Positions 21,519 to 35,745 of a stretch of 64,000 bases of DNA are shown here, one piece after another. Position 1 is the first letter of the stretch, and each line of letters starts with the position of its first letter. The DNA comes from Octopus sinensis (taxonomy: Eukaryota): the NCBI RefSeq assembly GCF_006345805.1, contig NC_042997.1:78182001-78246000 (forward strand). The letters run 5' to 3'. The position numbers and the translations under genes were made by a program. The notes under the pieces were generated by a model, which had not been told where the DNA came from, made no database searches, and saw nothing but the letters and a program-made list of their open reading frames with translations.

Positions 21519-24042
21519 CATATACACTCAACAGACTGGACTGTCGGAAAAGAAAAAAATCCTAATATCGGGCTACAGAAAGTAACCTTAGATGCCAAGA
21601 ACCCTCCTAAATATCGTATCTGTCCCTAATAACACTGTTTTCTGAAGCTGTTCTAAACTGGGTTTTATGTCTATTTCCTCTATCCATCTGTTCGGATCTT
21701 TAGGGATAGATCCCAATGCACCTATAACTACTGAGATATATTTTGCCCGCACTTTCCATAGTCTCTGTAATTGAAGAGCTAGATTATGGTACTTTACTAT
21801 TTTCCTATACTTCTCATATTCGTGTTTGCATCGTTTGGGAATGTAAAGTCAATTATCTGGCACTTTGTATTCTCTTTATCTACTACTACAAAATCAGGTC
21901 TTCTAGCTTCTATTACTCTGTCAGTCTCAATGTTGAAGTTACTTTCTAGTACTTTACTAGGTTCATGTTCATACCACTTATCAGTATGTTCAAACCCTAG
22001 CTTTCTACATAGCTCCCAATGGATTACTCTCCTTAGATTGTCGTGTCTTTCATGTTTTGTTTCTGTGCCAGCTTGCTACATTCACTTACTTAATGAGTAA
22101 CGCTTTTCTCTTTTGATTTACATAATCTACATTGGGAATCTACTTGGTTTTTGTCTAGCTTGGCTTTTATCCAATTAGTCCTTAATACTTGATTTTGTGC
22201 AGTTACTAACAAAATGCTCACACATTATCCAATGTAGATATTGGCCAACTGTGTCATATCTTGATTTGTACTCTATATCCAGAGATTAGGTGATCCACTG
22301 TATCGATCCCATTGTTGCAGTATCTGCACTTTGGGTCTACACCACTTTTCATCACATTGGCTTAATAGTTCAGGATCAATAAGCTCTGATCTTGGGCAAC
22401 CAAGATAAAGCCTTCCCTTTCTGCCTTTAACCCTGAGTTACGTAGCCACCGATAGGTGTACTTCTATTCAACATCAGTTTGTTTGCTAGGGGCCACATAT
22501 TTGCCATGCAGAGGTTTTTGTTCCCACCTATCAGCCAATTTTTGAAACGAATTTTGCTTTGCTTTTGATTTCATCTTTTCAACTACTTACTGCATTTCCA
22601 TCATGTTGTCAACCTGGGTATTATGCATAAGCTCACTTGAAAATTTTTTGCTGTCCTTCATAACAGAATGTAGCTTCTTACAGCTTTTTGTGGTTTTCAA
22701 CGAGCTTTCGCGTACAGTCTTAAGATGTTACAAGATATTTTGCCAGTGCAATTGTGGTGGAGTTGTAAGAGATTTCAAATTGGATCAAGCCTCCAACTCC
22801 TTGCTCTCTGAGTAGGTAAAGACGATCTGCGTCTGCCTTTGGGTGGTGCACGAACTCTCCAGAAACACTACTTCTTGATATTCTCTTTCATGCTTGCATG
22901 CTGAATGCCAGAGCCCTCATTTATTCCGAGGTATTTGTAAGCTTGTTCCCGCTTGACTGTGTCAACATCCAATTCTACTGAATGTGAATTCTTCAGTTTC
23001 CATTTCTGGAAAGTGGCCTTGGCAGATTTATCAAGACCAAATTCCATCCCAATGTCATCACTGAATGCTTTCACAAGTACGCAGTATTCTTTCATGCTCA
23101 TTATCGTCTTTGCCATAGAGTTTTAAATCATCCATATAAAATAGATAATTTATTTTCTTGTCGCCAATTTTATATCCATACCCTGTTCTGTTAAGTTCAC
23201 TTGTAAGGGGTATTAGGGATATGCAGGAAATTAAAGGTGAAAGCAAATCACTTTGGAAAATACCACAGTTGATATAAACGGTTTTGTGGTCAGTATTCCA
23301 CTAGAGTGGTATAATTGGAGATGTGTATTCCACACTGATATGTTGTGCTTCAAGAAGTTTGAAATCACAAGAGAAATTTTGAAGATTTCCAGCGATTTCA
23401 AGATCATTGAATGCGGTATGCTGTCGAAGTCCTTTTTATAATCAATCCATGCAGAACTGATATTTCTGCGTTTGTTGACAGCTCTCAAGGATCACGTGTT
23501 TGATTAAGAGTTGGTTTTTGCATCCATATGATATTCTTGAGGAGATTGGGTTGCATTATTATTCGGGAGTGGGTAAGTAATACCTCTTGCTAACCAATCA
23601 AGTGTTTTCGTAGGATCTCTCATAATTTCATTGAATAACAGAACTAACTTTTCGTGTGCGCACGGGAGCGATGCGAGCCAGAAACTTGGCACCCTATCAT
23701 CACCAGGGGATTTCCACTTATGAGCCTTCGTGAATGTCATCCTTAGGTCTGCTATTGTAATGTCTTCCATGCTTGTTCCCGTCTCATCCAGTCTGCGTTT
23801 TAATTGTAAGTTTTTTTCATTACTCCAGATATTTTTCCAGAAGTTTTCAACCTCTTCCATGGCAGGCGGGGGACGAGGTCTTCAACGGTTATTTTATCCT
23901 TCCCTATTTCTCTGTAGAATGTTTTCGCATTGGATGTGAACAACTTATTTTGCATGTAAAACGTGTTGCTTTTATCAAATCTTCGTATTATTTGAGCTTT
24001 TGCTTGGGTTTTTTGTTGCAGTGTTTCTTTTGCTGAAAGTAG
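21519..24042 (-). mobile_element. R4/Dong-clade retrotransposon, 5'-truncated, RT-ZnF-RLE-3' UTR, decayed
   Basis: WKSPGDDRVPSFWL, AWIDYKKDFDSIPH, LSPL..CI, YMDDLKLY, FGLDKSAK, YKYLGI and FILVAQDQSL motifs; the 3' end runs into (AAT)n. Confidence 0.9.
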
Positions 24043-24206
24043 TTCTTCTTCTTCTTCTTCTTCTTCTTCTTCTTCTTCTTCTTCTTCTTCTTCTTCTTCT
24101 TCTTCTTCTTCTTCTTCTTCTTCTTCTCTTCTTCTTCTTCTTCTTCTTCTTCTTCTTCTTCTTCTTCTTCTTCTTCTTCTTCTTCTTCTTCTCATTATTA
24201 TTATCA

Positions 24207-24286
<80 letters not shown>
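24043..24286. repeat. (TCT)n-(TAT)n compound microsatellite
   Basis: Seen directly; it separates two R4 fragments. Confidence 0.95.
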
Positions 24287-24289
<3 letters not shown>

Positions 24290-25100
24290 GTTTGCTTTTT
24301 ACAGTTTCTGAAAACTGTAAATGAATCCCATGCACACTGATAGTGTATGTCATGCTCTCTACATCTTTCACACGCGGGCGACACTTGACACTGTCAGCAA
24401 CTTTCTAGACAGTCTTCCTTATGAAGTTATTCTCAAGGGGTCTAATTCTGAATTGTAATAAGCTAACTTCCTGTTTCATTTTTTTAATTCTCTACTCCTA
24501 GGTCATGTCCACCGATCATCAGTTTTTACATGCTCTGTTTCCATTTCAAACTTTCCGTGTGGGTTTATTGACATTCAATTCTCTCATAATCTAGCCTTTC
24601 TTTGCATGAATCTTTGGTTTCAGTCTCCTCTTTCTTCAAACCCTCTGACATAGCAACATGTTGACGCAAAACTTCGTTGCTGTTTACCACGTAAAAATCC
24701 AGCGTTCATCATTATGCAGCTATACATTCTGATACATTAATCACTTCTACTTTTGTGCTTTCGGATAAAGAAGTACGAATTTCTATAGTAATTCTCGTGT
24801 ACATAGATCCACTTCATCAATTTCCTCTAACGCCCAGTTAAGTATGGTCACACTGAAGGAACAACAGCCGCAGTCCAAATGTTGATGGCGCACACAAGGT
24901 TTCGGCAATGAAGCTTACTCTTCAGAACATCAGCCAGTATATCAAAACAAGTCTTTTTTACTCACTCCTCATCTCACTTGACATTATATTGTCTAATTCC
25001 AATACTCATAGATACTTACAACCTGCTTTCTCCAGATCTGTTATTCTTTGCCCCATTGCGTATTACTTTCGCCCTGTACATAGTGACTAACGCTCTTGAT
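24287..25100 (-). mobile_element. R4-like fragment (late RT region plus a distinct 3' UTR), internally deleted
   Basis: The minus strand reads KYL.VLELDNI...SKLHCRNLVCAINIWTAAVV...LNWALEEIDEVDLCTRELL; bounded by (AAT)/(GAT) tracts. Confidence 0.6.
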
Positions 25101-25103
25101 GTT

Positions 25104-25183
<80 letters not shown>

Positions 25184-27122
25184 CATTATTATTATTATAA
25201 AAGTGGTAAGCTGGCAAAATTTTGTAGACTTTACCCTTGATCCTTTCGGAATCGACAAAGCTAGTACCACTTGACAAGCTTTTCTTCCCCAACATTTCAG
25301 GCCTTGTGCCTATGGTAGAAAGAATTAATATTAGTATTGTTGTTAAATATATAATTCTTCTAAGTACTGGTGAATACATGTTGTCTAGTTAATCGACTAT
25401 ATCTTTCCCCAAAGTATTATTTATGAATACAACCGAGAATATCACATTACCTCCCAAAAGAAGAATGAGGTATGCGAATTAAGGTTTGAATATTTAGAAC
25501 TATTCTATTTCATGAAGATATATCACCGTATTCTTTTTTATATTTTATATTCATATTAATCCTCATATTTCTGAATAAATATATCTGTAGGTATGTGTAT
25601 CTGGAAAATATAGGTTTGTGATTTCTAAACTGCACAGCTATATCTCTGTCAATGGATATGAACAATGAATAAATGTTTTGGAGATATATAATTGCTTAAA
25701 GAAGCAATAATTAATCGACCCACTTCGGTTTTGCATCTCCTCAGTTGACCATAAGTCCGTTGAATTCTCCCTAAAGATAATTAAAATGAGAAATGTAAAT
25801 AACTTCAGACCGAAAAGAAAAGCAGCTCACTGATTCGGCTTGTCAGATCCGCCTTTTCGTTCACGACATAGCTTAAGAAGGTGTACTATTACTGACAATT
25901 ATTCATCTGAAACCATACTATATATCATTTATATTATCTGAATCAACTGATAAAAGCTTTCTAAACATTCACATTAAAAACAATAACGAGGAAAAATACA
26001 TAGACCAATTTCATTTTAACTGCAAGAAATACAAGAGAAAATCTGTGCACATATCAAAAAGAAAGTGTACTTCGAAATGAGATTAATAATATTCATTTCC
26101 TACATCATCAAAGAAGTGGAATATAATGAATTAGTTTTAAGTATCAGTTTCTTTCTGAAAACATACAGGTGCGTTTTTATTTTAGATGGGGAAACATAAA
26201 AGTGTGGTTTTCGTGCTTTTGTCCAGGTTGGCAGGTACCGTAAGTAAAATATAATTCTGCCGGTAATTTTTGACTGTGTATTATCAACTCACCTCTTGTT
26301 CTAGAGTGCATACTAAGTGTATTCACTAATTATTTCATTCATCTATTATATCTATTTAAGATATGTTTAATGGAAAACAAAAATAAATATAGAATAAATT
26401 AACCGGTGATTACATTTGTGGCTACCATAATAAGTAGGGTTGTTGTGACTGAAGCCTTGAAAAACACGGTCTTCACAAAGTGGTTTTAGGGCCTTATAAG
26501 GAATTGAATAAGGAATTATAAGGAATTAAAAGTCAAAGACATCTCGGCAGGATTGGAACTGGGAATGCAGAGAGCCGTAGAACCACCGTTAGGCATTGTG
26601 TCCGATTTGCAGTTACTGATGGCTTTACTGAATTATGTAATTAACTTACAAATAAAAATATGTAATAATAAAACTAGCAGTTGAATAAGTAACAAAAATG
26701 ATAAACGAAAGCATGTAAACTGTTAATTGTAATTACAGTCATATTATATATGAAACATGTGATCTATGGTAAAAGTCCACAATGTAAATCTAATCAAAAC
26801 ATTAAATATACTAAGTCTAATAAAATGACTACAATTGCTGAAAATGATATATAATTTAACGTTATGAAAACAAAACCAGCAATAGTTGGAACCTAGTAAT
26901 TAAAGATGACAGCTTGGGCAGTGTTGACACTAGCTTTTGATGAAACTAAATGGAAGTAGCCTTGAAACACCCTGTTTTTAGTTGTTTAGTCTATAATGTT
27001 AGGTTTCATTCGTTTCATTCGTATAGAAAATAAATCGGTGAATTTACTATTCATAGCACCCATCAACATTAAGAGACAGACATATAATAGGAATGAAGGA
27101 AAGAGAGAAACAAACAGACAAG

Positions 27123-27282
27123 CAGAAGAAGAAGAAGAAGAAGAAGAAGAAGAGAAGAAGAAGAAGAAGAAGAAGAAGAAGAGAAGAAGAAGAGAAGAAG
27201 AAGAAGAAGAAGAAGAAGAAGAAGAAGAAGAGAAGAAGAAGAAGAAGAAGAAGAAGAAGAGAAGAAGAAGAAGAAGAAGAAA
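27123..27282. repeat. (GAA)n microsatellite with GAGA interruptions
   Basis: Seen directly. Confidence 0.95.
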
Positions 27283-28419
27283 AGTAAGCGAGAAAGAAGC
27301 AAAAAAGAAAGAAAGGAAGAATAATATATTGGAGGAAAAAGAAAAATAGTCATATAAGGTTATTGGTTTTTCTTCGGACACAGATAAAATTTATGGTGGA
27401 GATTTATACAGTTAGAATCCGCCTTTCTACGCTAACCATCCGTCTTTTTCTCAACCAAAGTCGAATGCAATGACTCAGCAGAATCATTAAAGGGTCGGAC
27501 AAAATATCTGCAGTAATGAATTACAACACCTTACTTTCTAATCTCATAGCCGACTGAGGTCAACTTTTCCTTTCACCTCTTTCGGAGTATATAAATAGAA
27601 GTAACAAGCAGGAACTAGAGTTGATATAATATTTCAATAAAAAAACAAATCCGAATAAGTTATAATAGAAGACAAGAACTGTCCAGCAGTTCTTCGTCTA
27701 TGTCTCCGTACAGTTGATTTTCCTTTCCAATGAGAAACAAATACTTTCCAACGCAATCAAATTTTTAAAACAATTGTCTTTGTATACTCTTGCTACATAT
27801 AGTTTTTATATTTTATATAATTTTTACACTTGTATTCTTCATGTTTCCTCAAATACAGTTTTATATGGTTGTCCATTCTTGAGAAATGTTTGTCACAGAA
27901 CAATAGAAGCATATTTGTACGTTGTCAATATTCAAGAAAATTGATTTTTAGCATTCACTAAATGGATTTATATACACAGATGAGATCAGAAGGGAACAAT
28001 TATATCAGCCATAAATCTTGAGATATCAGTTAGAGGATTTTCAAGCCATAGGTTTGATGTATACGAGAGATCCTGGCAAAACAGTTGGGTTAATACATTT
28101 TAAATGGATTTATATACACACACCGCACTAGGAAAGAAAGAAATATCTCGGGTCTAAATATCAGTTAGAGCAAATATTTATCATTTAGTATGCTGTTGAT
28201 ATGTTCATATTAAATCCATTTACATAGGGCTTTTGTAAGCATCGACGAGTACGGCATCAGTTTGTGGTAATGGCATCGAAAATGTTCTAACAAAAAATAA
28301 TAAATCAAAAGTATAAGACAATTAATTTTAAGTAGTAAGGGAAAAGCAGAATAGCGCCAACGTGTATTAAAAACAAAGAAGAGAGCTCCATGAAAGGAAT
28401 GTTTTATGTTAAAAATTAC

Positions 28420-29640
28420 ATGATAAATGGATAACGTGAAGGGCGGGAGTGGGTGGATCAGGATGGTGTTTTCAGCCCGAAAATGTTTTGCAAATCAGGG
28501 AGATGGTATGCAAGCGCGTTTAGTTTGTGTGTTTGTTCAGGGTGAGGCAGTTTTACTAAACAGAAACAAATTAATAAATAATTCCAGTGGTGTGAAGGTT
28601 AGCTGCTGTTCTCAGTGAAAATGGTTAATTCATGATTATAAACAACAGCTCAGTTAGTTATAACCAGGAGAATGGAAATTCAGCTGGAGGAAATGTAGTG
28701 TTCTTTCGCGAGGCATCCAAAAGATGCTCTGTAAAACGGTTTTCTCTTATGCGATTGTTTTTTTTTAAGGTCACAAAGTTAGCATGAACGCAGTAAATGT
28801 TATTCTTGATGGTATAAGTAAACCTCCCGACGACATGGAGGCAGGAATTTGACCTGCAAAAGGTGCTGACTTTGGGGATAAAGAGAAATGTGCTGCAGGA
28901 AGAAGTAAAAAAACAAGGATTATGGTTAAGTATGGTGATGACAGTTGAGAAAACTGTACTTGGAGATCATAGACATTGCAGTAGCAGATGAAAGAGAGTG
29001 AGTGTTCAGCGGGGATCTGAGGAGCAACAGAGTTTAGTTGGAAGAGACAGAAATGCAAAAGGAAGGTACGTCAAACATGGTCGATTGGTAGGTGAAAGGT
29101 AAAGAAAGGCGGTTAGTGGTAGGGATATGAAGCGTGAAGGTGAAGTATAATCAACTGGGTGGGTGCGACGGCATGTGATGTCGCCAATAACTGGTTAGAG
29201 GTAAACATGTGTTGGAAAGTACTGAACCATTTGGTGCGACTGGATATCGGATTTGGAATCGTAGCTACAGAAGTGGCGGGGATAAAAGTACAGTGAGTAG
29301 GAGATATCACATGAAATATGATTGAGGTGAGATGAGGTTAAAATGCGGGACTTAGTGGACTTGTACGCGACAAATCATACGGATATGATTAGGAAAATGA
29401 GAGGTGCAATTATTGACAAAAGTAGTTGAACTGTTTACAGGTAAGAGAGGTAGCATTGAAACCGTCATTGATATAGCGAGTGTATAGTTCTGGAGTGGCT
29501 GATAATATGAATTTTAACCTGTGCAACAAACAGATTTGTATATAGGGCATGCCCTGGTTCCTACCATCACCTAAGTAACCTAGTGATGGAGCTCTTTGGA
29601 AAAGGGAGGGCAGTGGAGTTCGCACCCTACAGGAATTAAT
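28420..29640 (-). mobile_element. Highly decayed APE-type LINE (CR1/L2/Jockey-like) remnant
   Basis: Strong purine skew on the plus strand. The minus strand gives weak endonuclease-like motifs (VIGDI, SPTNRP) amid many stops. Confidence 0.35.
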
Positions 29641-30270
29641 AATCATCTTGATTACTTTTAGTAAAATTGACTCTGTCTAAAACACCACTGTTCACTGAAA
29701 AATACTCCGTAGCGTACTTCGCAATCCCCTCACTTTTCTTGTGTACACACACGCACGCAAACACCCTACTACTCTATCACACACATTTAGAATTAAGAGT
29801 TATTCCCATCGCTTACACAGGGGGATGCACAGATCCATACTCACTCACACAACGTGCTACATATTGCGCACTCATATGTATACACTTATCCATGCACACG
29901 CTCGCGCACGCACATACACAGAAGGTACATTTTTGCGTCATATCTTTCTTGACTCAATAAAAGATGACATGCTCATAGAGATACTCTTTCTCTGTCTGCC
30001 TTACACATCAAACATCCTCGCACACTATCTCTCTTGATTAAAATCGCATTTCCGGTTGAAAAACACTAACTTTCTTCTGTCCACGTCTGTCCTTAATTTT
30101 ATATATTGACTATGCGGTCTCTATTGCTTCTACAGTTCTCTCTTACTTTTCTTCTTGATGAAAGACCACCCATCAAATGTCGAATTCTTTGCTTCTTCCT
30201 TACGGAGTAAAACGCATCACCTTATATTTCTGTTTTACACTTTCTTGTTCCTGGAATTTTTTTAATATGC

Positions 30271-30445
30271 AGTGGAATCTCGGATTACGAACAGCTCTCA
30301 TCACGAACAAATCGGTTTATGAATACTTTTTCGAACATACAATGTCTCGGGTGACGAACTGTGTCTCATGTAACGAACACGCAAGCCAACAACAACGGCT
30401 GTCAACAAGCTGGGAGTATTCGCAGCAGAGCATCAATTGCTGTCT
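30271..30445 (+). mobile_element. Probable end of a pogo/Tigger-like non-autonomous DNA element
   Basis: Starts cagtggaatctcggattacgaac and has repeated acgaac subterminal motifs; truncated by the adjacent R4 element. Confidence 0.4.
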
Positions 30446-30449
30446 AGCT

Positions 30450-32340
30450 TTTGTTCAGTGCATTTTGGGTCAGCTCCATTTTTCATCACATTGGCTTGGT
30501 AGTTCCGGGTAAATAAGCTTTGGTCTTGAGCAGCTAATATGAAACCTTCACTCTCTGCTTTTAGCCCTGAACTTCGTAACCATTGGTGCGTGTGTTTCTG
30601 GTCGACATCAGCTTGTTTGCTACGGGCCACATACTTCCCATGGAGAGGTTTCTGTTCCCATCTGCTAGCTAAATTTTCATGTGCTTTTGGCTTTGCAATT
30701 AATTTTATTTTCTTTGCAGCTGCAGTTGGCGCATTTCCTTCAGCCTGCTCAATCTGGTGGGTATCTAAGATATCAGCAGTGAATTTCTTGCTCTCTTTGA
30801 GAATAGAGTGAAGTTTTTTAGGTCTTTCATGTTTTTCAACAAGTTTTAGCAACCAATCGTTGGTTGCTTCAAGGTATTTGGCCAGTCCGATTGTGGTGGT
30901 TTTGTATGTAAGTTCAAGCTGGATCAAACCTCGACCTCCCTGACCTCTGGGAAGGTAAAGGCGATCCACGCTTTGCCTTTGGATGGTGCATCTTATTACA
31001 AGTCAGTAGTTTGCGGATTTTCCTGTCAATTTTCATTATTTCACTAGTATTCCAGTTAAGCACATTGAAGCTATAGAGAACAACTGGTACTGCTAAGGAA
31101 TTTATGGCTAAAACCTTATTATATGCATTCAGCTCAGACTTCAGGACTGCTCGGACTCTTCTATAACATTCTTTCCTAACCTTCTCTTTCATGCTTGCAT
31201 GCTGGATACCAGAGCCTTCATTTATTCCTAGGTATTTATAGGTTTGTTCCTGCTCAAATTCCTTTATTACTATTTCGACATCTAATTCGATTGAACTAGG
31301 CTTTACCAATTTCGCTTTCTTAAAAGTGGCTTTGGCACACTTTTCAAGGCCAAACTCCATCCCGATATCATCACTGAATCCTTTCACTGTATGTAATAAT
31401 CCTTCAAGCTCTTCATCATTCTACTCCTCCAGTTTGATTTTCTTTTCGAATTTGGTATTGTTGGCTTTTTGGGTGTTAAACAGCGTCTTTCGATTACCTT
31501 AGCGACAGAGTAAATAATTTCATTTAATTTATTAAGATCGGGTTTTAGTTGTTGTATGATTTCTTGTGTAATGTAGTTGCCAATTTTTATTTGTGTTTTA
31601 TGTTGGTGTGCATTTGAGAGTTTATGGAGTGGTTCCCTACCATTCATAGTTGTATGCCCTACAACTGCAAGCTCATTCAGAACTTCTTGCTTCATTTCAA
31701 TGATAGATTTTCCGTGTTGTTCAACAAACATGTGATTTTCAAATTCTGTTTCGACATCATTTTCCTGGCTGTTTTTTCTGGGGTCATATTTTCCTTCTTC
31801 TTCAGGATCTTGAGTCGATTCGGCAGATGGTCGCCTTTAAGTCAATGCGTGTGGCCCAACATTCCTCTCCTCAGCTTCGTTATTTCTTTCCTGACTTACA
31901 TTTAGGTCATTCTCTACCACTTTTTTAATAGAGGTTAATTCTGCATCTGTGAGTCTGGTATTTCTGAAGATATCTCTTCTAACATTTGCTAATCTGTTTT
32001 CATCAAGGTTTGGTCTGCTAGCTGGATTCCGGCTCCTCCAAATTCTGTAGGAGTTGGCCTACTTAATGCAAAGTAATAAGCATATATTACTTCTTTATAT
32101 TCTTCCCGGTTCCTTTTGGTTCTTTTACTTTTTTGATTTTATGGTCGTTGTGGTGGTGAACTTTGGGGGCTTAATTTGGGACAAATCCCGTTTAAGTGAC
32201 CTTCCAGGTTCGTATTCGGGGAAGATATTCTGCCATTTGAAAATTTTTCGCCAGCAGGCTGGCAGCCTCCTGGGGGGCGTGCTTCCTTTATAACCATTGG
32301 ACAAGCGATTCGGTGTACTGTTAGAAATTTTCTTTTCAAG
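30450..32340 (-). mobile_element. R4/Dong-clade retrotransposon with N-terminus, large internal deletion and late RT
   Basis: RPPGGCQPAG N-terminus; FSDDIGMEFGLEKCAK, YKYLGI, DRLYLPRGQGGRGL and SEGFILAAQDQSLFTRNY; the linker is fused directly to EELEGLL near 31400. Confidence 0.9.
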
Positions 32341-32557
32341 TATTATTATTAAGTTTTCATTTTTAAAAAAATTAAATAAATAAATAAATAAAATTAAAAA
32401 AATAGAAGATAAAATAAAAAAATTTAAATAAAAGATTTAACCACTAATTTTCATATAGGGGCTTCATTTATCATCATTAGCAGCAGCAGCCCCAGTAGTT
32501 GTAGCAGCAGCAATATCATTGTCAGCAGCTGGAGCGGCAGTGATAGTAGTAATAGTC

Positions 32558-32606
<49 letters not shown>

Positions 32607-32675
32607 ATAGAAAAATGTGAGTAAGAGAAATAATATTCTTAAGATTATAAACCAGGAAAAGTACGGGACACACAC

Positions 32676-32772
<97 letters not shown>

Positions 32773-33854
32773 ATATATATTCGATATTTAGAATATCGCA
32801 TTCTTTCCCTGTTACTAAATTGTAAGACCTCCACATCGATATTTAAGCTTTCCTTTTTTATTAGAAACTTCTGGTCTTGAAATATTGTTGCAGAGGTAAA
32901 AAACCACGCGTAAGCCAATATATTTCACCTACTGCCAACGTAACACCATTTTGAATTAACCATTACAGAATCGCTTTTCCTGTTTTACACGATAAATCTG
33001 ATAACCCAGGTTCACCTACATATCTCTTTAAATAGTGATATCTCGATTGAAACTAAATACTGCTAACTCCATTCAGTTAAGCTGCTTTCCTTTTTTTATT
33101 ATTGTCTAGTCTTCGTGGTATAATAGAAAAAAAAAAAGAAAATTATGTACAAAGAAATAAAGAAAGAACCACTAGATATGTAAAAATGTCCTGAGGTTGA
33201 TTTTCAATTTCCTTGTAAAATTAGGTTGTTCTAACAAATGGCAGTTTCTTACTTTGAAATATCATTGGCTAATAGAAAGTAAGATTTTGAGAAATGTAAT
33301 ATGTCATGAAATTATGCTCTCATTAAAATATAACATTTCATGAGAAATATATCTTTAATTAGTTCTAACTATAAATCTTAATTATATTATAGTACTTCTT
33401 TAGTCTGATCTCGAGGATATCAGATTTTATGGGTAATAATCTTAATGCATCAAGTATATAACATATGGTTAATCAAAACAGTCCAAAAGGCACCACAGAG
33501 AGATAACGAAAACTGAATACTCCCGATTATCTAAATGAGACAGGTAATGAATACTTTCTCATTGTTTGATCAGATTCTAAAACAAATGTATCATTTTTGT
33601 TCTGTCTATATTCATATATTCATATATATTCCGTCTCTGGGTGTTTCTTTTCCTTCAGCTCAGTGACTAGCTCTGATTATATTCTAACATTTATTTCCTT
33701 TCTTTGTTGTAACGCACGCAACTCTATTCTTGAATGGTCTTAGTCGCATATCAATTGTTCAATGTGAAATCGCTTCTCTTTGCTGGGGAGAGAGATGCTG
33801 TGAAAGTACTGCTTGGATTTTTTCTTACAGTGCGATGTAGTCGGTTCCAAAAGA

Positions 33855-33941
<87 letters not shown>

Positions 33942-33961
33942 AAAATCAAGTCCAGTACATA

Positions 33962-34175
33962 GCTGGTATATTCTTTGCTACTCTAGGCACAAGCCCCGAA
34001 ATTTTGGGGGAGGGGCCAGTCGATTAGATCGACTCCAGTATGCAACTGGTACTTATTTCATCGACCCCGAAAGGATGAAGGCAAAGCCGACCTCGGCGGA
34101 ATTTGAACTCAGAAAGTAAAGATAGACGAAATACATATTTCTTTACTACCCACAATGGGCTAAACACAGAAAGGA
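33962..34175 (-). mobile_element. SINE-B body with tail type 2, preceded by a tail-type-1 remnant (partial tandem)
   Basis: 34135-34170 is the reverse complement of the 8750-8782 tail, joined to a head-less SINE-B body. Confidence 0.75.
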
Positions 34176-34255
34176 CACGTTCATACACACTCATGCACAC
34201 TCTCACGCACGCACGCACGCACGTACGCACGCACGCACGCACGTACGCACGCATG

Positions 34256-34308
<53 letters not shown>

Positions 34309-34632
34309 ATATACACACAGTGAAGTAAGGACGCGACTGTGTGCTTGGAAGTTAGTTTCACAAGTAAGCGATGCCAAGAATCTTACTGGGCACCTTGGGT
34401 AATTGTCATTGAAGCCTCGGGTCAACCAGTATATTATAAGTGGAAGTTGGAAGACAGAAATGATGCAGAAACCCATTGTATGTATGCACACGCACACGCG
34501 CATTTGTGTGTGGTATATGTGTGAGGGACATATGTATATCTGTGTGGGATCTGTGTGTGTGTGTGTGTATGTGTGTGTTAGTGAGTGAGTGTGTGTGTGT
34601 GTGTGAGTGAGTGAGTGTGTGTGTGTGTGTGA

Positions 34633-34687
<55 letters not shown>

Positions 34688-35404
34688 CGTGTGTGTGAGT
34701 GAGTGTGTGTGCGCGCAGTGTGATATATCGATCATGGTATATAACGAATGTTTAGAACATCATGTGTTCGATTACAGTCCAAAAGTCGTATAAAGATCTC
34801 TATGTGAAAAACAGATGAATTCTTATTCCAAGTATTTTTTTTATTAACTGATCTGATCATAAACCATGGCAGCAACACTGAACATAATCATGTACAAAAA
34901 ATTGTTTAGAGTGTTTTTCATCTAATCGATAAAATGTTATACACTTACATTTATACATTATTTTGCATGTAAAAATTACGCTATCTCATTTAAATCACAA
35001 AAGTATGATACTGGAAATTCCAGAAAATATGACGTAACAACAAACAAAAAATTGCAGAAAAGCAGTGCGATAGAGGTGTCAGACGTAGCATTCAGACCAT
35101 CAACTTGTTTGATATTGCGTTATTCTTCTCTTCCGCTTTACGAATTCCGTGTGCACATGCGCATTGCGTATTCATACTTTTCTCTCCGGTTATTACTCAA
35201 CACTGTTACACATTACAAACATCTCACGAACGTGCAACTGCGAGAAGCGCTTTGCGCTCTGACGGTTGTGAAAATATAGTTTAGCGTACATGTACAGGGA
35301 AGTCACATACTTGGTCGAAGACGCTAAGCTCATGTAAATGGAATTCTTTGAAATGGAGCCCGGTCATTATTTTACGATAATGCTGTAAAATCTCGCTTCT
35401 CTAT

Positions 35405-35569
35405 TTGATTGTCAATGATTCTATTTGTATTTTTTAAGCCTAGTACTTATTCTATGGATCCACTTTTTTGCCGAACAGCTAAGTTACGTGGCCGTAAACA
35501 AACCAGCAGCAATTGTCAAAAGGTGGTAATGAAGGGCAAACACAAAGACACACATACATATAAGCTTAT

Positions 35570-35600
<31 letters not shown>

Positions 35601-35685
35601 CATACATATATATATACATATGTATATTCATGTTTATACATATACATGCATATACATACATATATATATACATATACATATATAC

Positions 35686-35745
<60 letters not shown>

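Noticed and set aside
21201-21585. Long poly-I/L/N/E/R ORFs here and at 2295, 23800, 26986, 32451, 34024, 36523, 57511 and 58507
   Set aside because: They are translations of di-, tri- and tetranucleotide microsatellites, not genes.
26186-26239. 54-bp plus-strand exon candidate (tttag|...|gtaagt; MGKHKSVVFVLLSRLAGT)
   Set aside because: Good splice sites but short, with no homology and no phase-compatible partner exon.
27123-27282. Periodic GAGA interruptions in (GAA)n as a coded pattern
   Set aside because: Consistent with single-base slippage or consensus error; the same occurs in the (TCT)n tracts.
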